64,000 bases of DNA from Amoebophrya sp. A120. Taxonomy: Eukaryota > Protista > Dinoflagellata. The DNA lies in NCBI GenBank assembly GCA_905178155.1, contig CAJINV010000005.1:5064256-5128255 (forward strand), given 5' to 3'. Below the pieces are notes generated by a model that saw nothing but the letters and a program-made list of their open reading frames with translations, made no database searches and was not told the DNA's origin. Numbering within the stretch: position 1 is the stretch's first letter; every line of letters starts with the position of its first letter. Positions 55,820 to 64,000 of this stretch are shown here, one piece after another. The position numbers and the translations under genes were made by a program.

Positions 55820-58800
55820 ATGTTCCGCGCCTGGGAGGGTCAGTACCTGACCTATACCGACAATGACGACAGTCGGTGGTGTCCAGGGGCGGTGGTGCCC
55901 GACAACCGTTTTTCCTACCACCTCGAGCTCGCCGCTTTACTTGAGAATCACATGCACCAGTCGGAATACGGTGGGGGAAAGGGCGGCCAAGACGATGCGA
56001 GGTTCAAGAAATATGCATTGCAAATATGTCTGGGTCTGGAAGAAGCAACGTGTGATGCTGCATCTGGATTCTACAAAAATCTGTAGTGCATGAACAGCAA
56101 AAGATCCATTTTTTCCACGGCGAAAGGGCCTTTCTCATGCGGCGTAGGCATCAGGGACAGGGATCCCTCACAAAATCTGTGATGCCAGGGCATGCATCAC
56201 AGACATCAGGAGTCATTCAAAATGTGCATCACAAACCTTAACCTTTCACCCTTCCAGACCCAGACATTTTTACAGTTGATAAGAAAAAGCTGAAGACAAA
56301 CTTGAACTACTGGCAACCGACGGAGGAGGAGATATTCCTGATGGAGAAGGAATATATGGAGAGGGTACTTATATATTAGTAAGTATTTGTATTTCAGTTC
56401 TTTGTTTGCGCACTTGCATGTATGCATTTGCATCGCGAATGCAAACGCATTCTCTTTTTGTGAAGATCGATTCCCATGGTGCATGAAAAGAAGAATATCA
56501 AATGTAGTTATTTCAGCACAAGTCAACAAATGATCCCGGCATCACGGTCACGCATGAAAAAGAAATCTCAGGAACGCGACATTCCGACACCGGAAGAGGC
56601 CTTACAATACATATTGTGAGGAAAGATCCCCCCTCCCCATACATACTGAAAAGGCATGCTCCTAAAAATTTGTCATGGTGATTTGTGACTACAAATCCAG
56701 CCTCTCTTGCAAGGGGGCAAATCCAAAGAATCCGCCGACTCATGCAGGCGATTTGTAGTGCTGTTACGGCTAAATGACAGGCCTCTGCTATGCTAAGCAC
56801 CTACACCAAAACACCTCTGCACAGGCTTAGGCTTTGCCTGCAGTGCCTCGCTGCAAGACAGATGTGAGTTGTGTACACACATCCCGCGTCACAGATTTCC
56901 GTTTTGATATAGGGAGGGGGGATTTTTCCTTTTGATAATACAAGCGCAGTCTCTCCGCCTTGCTCGGCACCGCGTCCGGCCCTTCCGAAGAGGATGTGCA
57001 AAAGCGAGTTTTAGAAGCGGGCGAGACGTTTATCATTTGTAAAAACGTCCCCACACCAGAGTCAAGATGGGAAATCTGCTAGACAACTCAGCCAGCTTTG
57101 GTCGTTTGGCATGACAAATTTTTCCTCGTAGTGTAATCCTGTTTAGGTACTTCAGCAGCGTCACAGATCTAGTATGTCGCTTTGATTATAGCATTACAAA
57201 TCCCAAACGCGACTAGACAATGCCTCTCATGGCGCTCCGCATGACAAACTTTTTTGGCGTGCAGATTTGCATGACAACTCTGGGCTGGGGACGTTTTTCC
57301 TCAGGATAACGTTTCGAAAAAAATTGCGGTCGCGAGAGGTGGATTTCGTCGACAGAAATTGGCGTCTATACAGGAGCAAGACGGAACGTAGTTGATTTTT
57401 GCTGGTGTATTCCTTTTCCACTTGCAACAATGATTTTTCACATGTATGGTGAACCTTAACCTATGATTGAATGCTATACAAGAACAACATTCAAAAACTA
57501 CAGATAATCTGGAGGAGAACCGGTTAAAAGAGAAGAAGGAAGAGAGGGAAAGACTTCTGTCCGGATCCTCCGCGACCACAATACCGCTTCCTATCAAATG
57601 CAAAAATGTCTGGGTCTGGAAGGTTGCCAGGTTTGTCATGCATATTTTACATGACTCAGGATTCAGGATTGTTTGTGATGTATGCCCTACCATCACAGAT
57701 TTTCAGAACCCTTCTTGATGCCTATCCCGCATGACAAATGCACTCCCCGCGTAGCACAAACTGGGCTCCTATTGCTGGTCATGCAATACAGATTTTTGTA
57801 GAGTCCAAAGTTAGCATCACAAGTTCCAGACCCAGACATTTTTACCTTTGATACTTCCTCCTGTAGAGCAACCAATGGAGGAGAACCGCATTGACCCGGC
57901 AGTGTATGCATAGCAGCAGTATTGTACTTCTAGTATGAGTTGCAATACAAATTTTTCCAAGGCAAGAAGGGCAACTTGTAATGCTGATTTCCCTTGATCC
58001 ATAGATCTGTCATGCCGATTACTGCAAGTCACACTAGTACGATGCTTTTGCTCTGGATACAGTCGTGCAGGCGGCCAGAGACGCGGAAGAAGCGGCAACC
58101 AGGGAGGCCTTCCAGCTTGCGGTGTTGAGCAGAGTGGTACATCAAAAGTAGCAATAGATGTTACGGAAGTGTCGTGTTTCTTCTGCGACGTTTTGCATGA
58201 CAAAAGGTGTTGGAATTTCGTGTGTCGCATGACAAATCAATGCAAATTAAAACCGCACAGGAACCGGACCAATTTGGGCAGTCCACGTCAGCGATGAAAC
58301 AGATGCAGGCTATCAAATGCAAAAATGTCTGGGTCTGGAAGAATGCAAGTTTGTCATGCTTGTCTGGCATGACTCCAGAATCTGTGTTGCATAGCCACGA
58401 AAAGGCCCTCTTGCCTGTCATGCAAAGAAAAACGCAGTTTGCCATGCGGAATACGTAAGACATGGCAGCCAAAAAATTTGTCATGCGTGGCTGCGTATTG
58501 CAGTGCGTTTATCATTCACTTTATAGCATTACAAGTTTCCAGACCCAGACATATTTGCAATTCATACAGGCGATGTACACGCAATACGAGAGAGAAATCA
58601 TCGAAAGTGCGACGCTGCGGAACCGACAGCGGTATCAAATGCAAAAATGTCTGGGTCTGGAAGAGTCATGCTGTTTTTGCATGACACAGAAGGTCTTGCG
58701 TGGAAGCTCTAGCATCACAGGTTTCGAGAAGCTTTCGCAATGCCGAAGCCGCATGACAAATCCCCCATTTTGGTGACAGAAAGTGGGCAACTTTTGCTGC

Positions 58801-60436
58801 CTGTGCATGAGAGGTTTGTATGTGTTGTGAAATGCGCATCACAAGTTTGCATTCTTCCAGACCCAGATGAGATATTTGCAATGCATAAGCGGGTAAAGAC
58901 CTACCGCAGAAAATACGGAGTGGTTTTTGACCGGTTGAAAAAAAACATCTCGGCTTACCTCATGGAGGTCGCGTTAGCGAAAAGAGACGAGGAGCTAAAC
59001 GAAAAGGAACAGATATCAAATGCAAATATGTTTGGGTCTGGAAACCTGTGACGCAAGGAAGGGAATCATTGTGAGCACACTGTATTGCGCTGCCAAGCAT
59101 AACAAACTTTTGGGTGCTCCTTCTGAGTTGCGTACTCTGCATGAGAAACTGCGTTTTTGCATGACAGACAAGAGGAGCTCATCGGGGCCACGCAGCACAG
59201 AGTGCAGAGGCATGCCAGACTAGCATGAGAAGTCTTGCAATCTCCCAGACCTCCAGGGATATTTGCGTTTGATAACAGGCCCGGTCGAGCAAATCGGAAT
59301 CAAGACCGGGGAGTAGCAGCAACAAAACGGGCGAGGATGGGCAACCGATGGACTCCTCTGAGGGAACGGGGAGTAGACCGATCAGTAGCGGGAGCTCACG
59401 TATAATTCGACTAGTGTCTGAGTTACTGATGAATGTTTATTGTGGAGTTTGAGGTCATGCTGTTTTCGAATTTGAACTGTGGCGCACAAAATGCACTGCA
59501 TGACAAAAAACTACCGAACGAACTCCTCCAGGTCTCGGCAGCCGCATGAGCTCCGCGCGCAGAAGACAGCGCAGCGTGAAAGTCATTTCCGACACGATTA
59601 AGGACAAAAAGCCGCGGGACGAGAATATCGAGGAGAAAGACATCACTATCTCAGGCAAAAAGTGTTACCGTTACACATTTGTTGGAATTTCTGCATCACA
59701 AAGTTGCTCGACATGGCAAAAAAAACCTGTAATGCGCAGACTATCAGCGATAGGAAAAACACGCATAAAATGAGGCCGGCAAAAAATAGCATTTTCAGCA
59801 TGACCGAGGGTGTCTGTCTTGCTTGTCTTCCGTCCGGGTGTGTCACTGTAACACTTTTTTCTCAGGATAATCACCGTCATCGACGAAAACGGGTTTGTGC
59901 AGGTGAAACAGGCTGGCGTGATAGGAGAGCACGACGGCGAGGAGATATTTCAGGACAAACTCGAAGTGGACCTCGACGCGAAATTAGCGGAGTCGATTAT
60001 CAACGGGGTTTTGCAGGAAAGTTTCGGGGATTTGAAAGAAGAAGAAGGTGGCGGGGAAGCAGGAGGATTGTTACAGGCTGCTGATGGCGATAAAGAGAAC
60101 CTAGCACCAGATGAACCACCGGGGAACCAGAACAGTACGGAAAATTTTGAAAATGGGCGAGAGGATTCAGTAGCAGCAGCAGCAGCAAAGATAGGAGATG
60201 GCGCGGCGCCCGAGCGGCCGGAAGAAGTCATTTCACTTTCGAAAGACATAAATTCGGTGGAAATAGTAGCAGAAATAACGGAAGAACAGGCGAACAAAAC
60301 CATCACAATTTCCGCGACCAAGGAGGAGGATTCCTTGATGACGCAGTCGTTAGAACAGCAGGGGGATTCGGTTGACATTGTCACGGAGCGGGAGCTAATT
60401 GACCAGCTCTTGGACGGGGGGATGACGGGGGATTAG
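55820..60436 (+). CDS. Hypothetical coiled-coil/acidic protein, 14 exons (start uncertain)
   Basis: One frame recovered across 9 introners and GT-AG introns 56379-56516, 57388-57503, 58137-58260, 59400-59531. Confidence 0.65.
56012..56281. mobile_element. Introner family A (270 bp)
   Basis: Family A TIRs; DR agaaa/agaaa. Confidence 0.92.
56612..56937. mobile_element. Introner family D (326 bp)
   Basis: Family D TIRs; DR ataca/ataca. Confidence 0.92.
57031..57308. mobile_element. Introner family G (278 bp)
   Basis: Family G TIRs; DR acgtt/acgtt. Confidence 0.92.
57592..57853. mobile_element. Introner family A (262 bp)
   Basis: Family A TIRs; DR cttcc/cttcc. Confidence 0.92.
57905..58059. 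mobile_element. Introner family B (155 bp)
   Basis: Diverged family B TIRs; DR cagtg/cagtc. Confidence 0.85.
58311..58566. mobile_element. Introner family A (256 bp)
   Basis: Family A TIRs; DR caggc/caggc. Confidence 0.92.
58633..58887. mobile_element. Introner family A (255 bp)
   Basis: Family A TIRs; DR agcgg/agcgg. Confidence 0.92.
59014..59274. mobile_element. Introner family A (261 bp)
   Basis: Family A TIRs; DR acaga/acagg. Confidence 0.88.
59647..59869. mobile_element. Introner family F-like (223 bp)
   Basis: TATCTCAGGCAAAAAGTGTTAC / GTAACACTTTTTTCTCAGGATA; DR atcac/atcac. Confidence 0.88.
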
Positions 60437-60504
60437 AAGTTTCTTTTTGATCATGAAATAATCCATGACTTGCAACCTCTAAAACAAAACGACATCGGAA
60501 ACTA

Positions 60505-61530
60505 TCCTCGTTCGGGAACGAGGCGCGCAGACCCCGGATTTTTTCAAAAAGTGAGAACGCGGTGAGTTTTCGTGTGGGCTCTCGTTCCGGAACGAGAAAC
60601 GCTGTGAGAATTCACTGAATTGCCACTCCAGGACTATTCAAAAAGTGAGAACGCAGTGAATTCTTACTCGGCTTCTCGTTCCGGAACGAGAATTGGAGTG
60701 AGAATTTCCTGAATTCCGACTCCAGGACTTTTCAAAAAGTGAGAACTCACTGAGTTCTCACTTGGTTTTCGTTTCGGAACGAGAAATGGAGTGAGTAGAA
60801 TTCACTGAATTCTCAATCACGGAAAATTCGTGATCCCAGAGTGGGACTTTTCAAAAAGTGAATATTCACTGAATTTTCACTCGATTTCTCGTTCCGAAAC
60901 GAGAAGCCGATGGAAAATTCAGTGAGTATTCACTTTTTGAAAAAAAACACTTTTGGAGCATGCATGTTTCTGGAGAGAGAGGTTTCAGATCCCGGAGTGG
61001 AAATTTTCCGAAAGTGAAAATTCAGTGAATTTTCACTTTTTGAAAAAAATCACTTTTGGATCACGAATTTTCCTGGAGAGAGACTTGAGCTCCAGAGTGA
61101 AAATTTTCCGAAAGTGAAAATTCACTGAATTTTCAATCGATTTCTCGTTCCAGAACGAGGCCTCGTTCCGGAACGAGGCCTCGTTCCGGAACGAGAAATC
61201 GAGTGAAAATTCAGTGAATTTTCACTTTTTGAAAATTTTCACTCCGGAGGCGAAGTTTTCCCGGAGTGCGAATTCGGGAAGCTGGATTTTTCCAAAAGTG
61301 AAAATTCACTGAATTTTCACTCGATTTCTCGTTCCGGAACGAGAAACCGAGTGAAAATTCATTGAATATTCAATCCTGGAAAAATCTCCTTCCGGAATTT
61401 CGAAAAGGGAATTACTAGGCTTCTGGTTCTTCCGGAACGAGGCCTCGCTGAATTACCACCCCAGAGAAAAACTATCTCACCCTGGAATCACTCTGGAAAT
61501 GGGATTTTCGTAGAGTGGCAATTCAGTGGG
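60505..61530. repeat. Palindrome-rich repeat array (foldback/satellite-like)
   Basis: Recurrent palindromes CTCGTTCCGGAACGAG and GAAAATTCA(C/G)TGAATTTTC in direct and inverted arrangement. Confidence 0.9.
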
Positions 61531-62724
61531 TTATGACTACATGAACAAAAAAACCGCAAACGCTGACCTTTTGCAGCACACATGGCAGAAATAGGGCGAG
61601 TGCTATCGATTCAAATTGCAGGACGTTCCGTAGCGTGTCGCTAGTAGCGTTTGCTGCATGGCGCGAAAAATTTTTTGCGAGCCTTCTAATTGCAGCGCGC
61701 TACTGCCCGCGCCACATCGCCGAGAGGAACGCCCTGCCGCACTGCCTGCAAGGTGCGTGTGGTGCCGTTCGTAAGCCGCGCCTGATTTTTGTAGTTCGCA
61801 ACGTCGCCCGATGTTTTGGCTTCAGCATGTTCAAAACGGTCGAAGTTGTAGCCTTTGGGCTCTCGTTCCCCAACGAGGGGAGTTTCCGACGCGAAAGGGG
61901 GGGTCTTTGCAAGTCATGAAATAATCTTGCTGGCATCTAGTACTTCTGTTCTACGCTGCCACCAATTTTTAAGTTTCAGAATTAATGAACTGGTTTCAAA
62001 TATTTAATTCACACACAGGGAATGAACATGAATATGAAAAACAAGCTGTTTCAAAATAAGTACACCAAAAAACGAGACGCAATAAATTGCTGATTCAAAA
62101 AGAAGTAAACAACCCGGGTCGAGGACATTTTTTGCCCGCGGAGGTTGAGAATTGTGGAAATGACGAAAGGTTTTGTCTTGTACCAACGCAAATGCACATT
62201 GTAGAGTGAGAAATGATGTAAAATTCTTGTAAAGTTTCTTCATCGAGCTCTTAACTGTACAAGAAATTCCAGCAATTGTACAATGAATCAGAAATAATGG
62301 CAGCGCGTCGGAAACTCGCCAGAGCTGCTGCAGCCGACGCGGCGCAAAAATCTTTCAGTGCGATTTTTAGGACGGCGGGAAGGTTCTGTTCACCAATCAC
62401 ATTCTCCGCGTTTTTTTTTTTCCTTTAAATTGCTTCGGTGTTAGATAAGATGCACCGGTGTGCCTGCCAAGGGAGCCGATAAGACAAAAATGGCCGAAGC
62501 AATCTCTACCTTTCTTAAACTGATACGCGCTTTTGTTGGAATAGAGGTATTTGGTGTTCAACTTGCTAGGTCCTGGATTATATCGATTTTGATGCACCTT
62601 CACCTTCAAGAGCTGCAGACGTTCGCTTTTTATTGTTGGACCACAGGGGGCCGACCGCTCACACTAGCAGATACTTCTGAAACGCGGTACTATTCGTATC
62701 CCATCCCCGTCGAAAAGTTCGGCC

Positions 62725-64000
62725 ATGGTTTTCCAAGTTGGTGACACGGTGAAGATTCACGGACTGGCGAACCGTGTGGAACTGAACGGGAGGACGGGCA
62801 GAGTGGTAGAAGCCGATGATTCACCGCCTGTTTCCAACTCTGGTAACGCAGCAGCATCTCATTCGCCGGCGGGAGCTGGAGTAGGCCGTAGGGTGACTGT
62901 TGCTGTGAATGCAAGTTCATCGTCGTCGAGTTCATCTGTTTCGGGTTCTGGACGAGGAACAACTGCCGCGGCGCAAGAACAGCAGCTTTTTCAGCACGTT
63001 CGGATTCGAGAGGAGAACTTAAAAGAGGTGTTTGTGCTGAATCAGAAACAGACTGATCCACTTTCTGATCCTCGTGGTCGTGGTCCTTCGCGATACCGCA
63101 GTGCTTTCGCTGGCGACAGCACGACTACAGGTCCTCGTACAGCTCCTTCGCAAGACGACGGGGGTGCAAGCGCAGGCAATTTTTTCCCTTTCGAGATGAA
63201 CTCCTCTCCGACGTCTATCTTTTCTACGCTCCTGGATCAGTTCATGCCATTCAAGTTTCTACCCGGAACTACCAATGACGATGCGCACACAGCCAGTCGT
63301 TCTGATGCAGAACAACAGCATCAAGGGACGACGAGAAGGAACGACAGAAATGGACCTCCAAGAGCCCCACCTCCCAACTCAAATCAAACCCCGCACTACA
63401 ACCATCGGAGGTTTTCCTCCCTGGCCCGGGAAAACGCCCGCGCGGAGCTGATAAAGCAAACAAAACGGATATGGGAGTGTCAGGAGTGAAATTGACAAAG
63501 TCGAAATAACTTGTAATGCATAATATCGATTCCAGTTGGAAGCCCAATTTCCAAGCGGTGCATGACAAATTTTCGGAGCACCGGAATCCAATTTGTCATG
63601 CTGTTTCGGCACAGAAGAATGCTCCCGTAGCAGCTCTATCCCAAACCCTAAATAGGCTCACAATCTGCCTCACTTGGCATCCCGGCATGACAGGCACCTC
63701 ATGCCTTGCTTTTTCTGCATGACGAATCATTTTTTCAACTTTGTCGATTTCAAACCTGACACTTCCATAACGGACCGGGTGTTTGGTGCTGATCGGGGTT
63801 TGTGTGCTCGTTTACCTTTGGTGGAATTGGGACGGAATCGTGTTGAAGCACAAGCAGATGATATTACAATGAAAAATGCCTCCTCCCCATATCAAAACGG
63901 AAATCTGTGATGCAGATTTGTGGTCACAAATCAGGTTTGTGATGCTAGAAGGCAAACGATGCGGACTGTAGTGCTGTCTAGCGTGGGGAAGCCTTGCAGC
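62725..64000 (+). CDS. Hypothetical membrane protein with N-terminal small beta-barrel-like motif (3' end outside window)
   Basis: Starts VGDTVKIHGLANRVELNGRTGRV...VRIREENL. After introner 63470 the frame continues into the hydrophobic helix TGCLVLIGVCVLVYLWW. Confidence 0.65.
63470..63769. mobile_element. Introner family E (300 bp)
   Basis: Family E TIRs; DR acgga/acgga. Confidence 0.92.
63862..64000. mobile_element. Introner family D, truncated by window end
   Basis: Left end and interior match 41005-41140. Confidence 0.85.

Overview
This is eukaryotic, gene-dense DNA, most likely from a parasitic syndinian dinoflagellate of the Amoebophrya type. That is an inference from an exact dinoflagellate spliced-leader (DinoSL) copy, the all-same-strand genes and the intron style. 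Eleven protein-coding genes, all on the + strand, can be rebuilt by hand: a giant single-pass membrane protein, a GT61-like glycosyltransferase, a secreted Ala/Pro-rich protein, a rhodanese, an RCC1-repeat protein, S-adenosylhomocysteine hydrolase (SAHH), an AlkB-family dioxygenase, a GH2 glycosidase and three hypothetical proteins. Of the 76 introns inferred, only 14 are GT-AG. The other 62 are MITE-like 'introners' of about 11 sequence families, bounded by TAT...ATA terminal inverted repeats (TIRs) and flanked by 5-bp direct repeats (DRs). For all 61 complete copies, removing the element plus 5 nt restores the reading frame. Further observations: (i) a DinoSL-headed, poly(A)-tailed ~1.4-kb retro-insert nested in an introner; (ii) the same elements must be removed in both orientations; (iii) mismatches between the two DR copies are mostly synonymous; (iv) a GCAT[G/C/T]ACA motif is shared by nearly all families and many canonical introns; (v) other nested insertions; (vi) a tandem duplication creating an in-frame SAHH::RCC1 chimeric micro-ORF; (vii) a palindrome-rich array. 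All coordinates and counts were derived by eye; splicing is inferred from frame restoration, not from transcripts.
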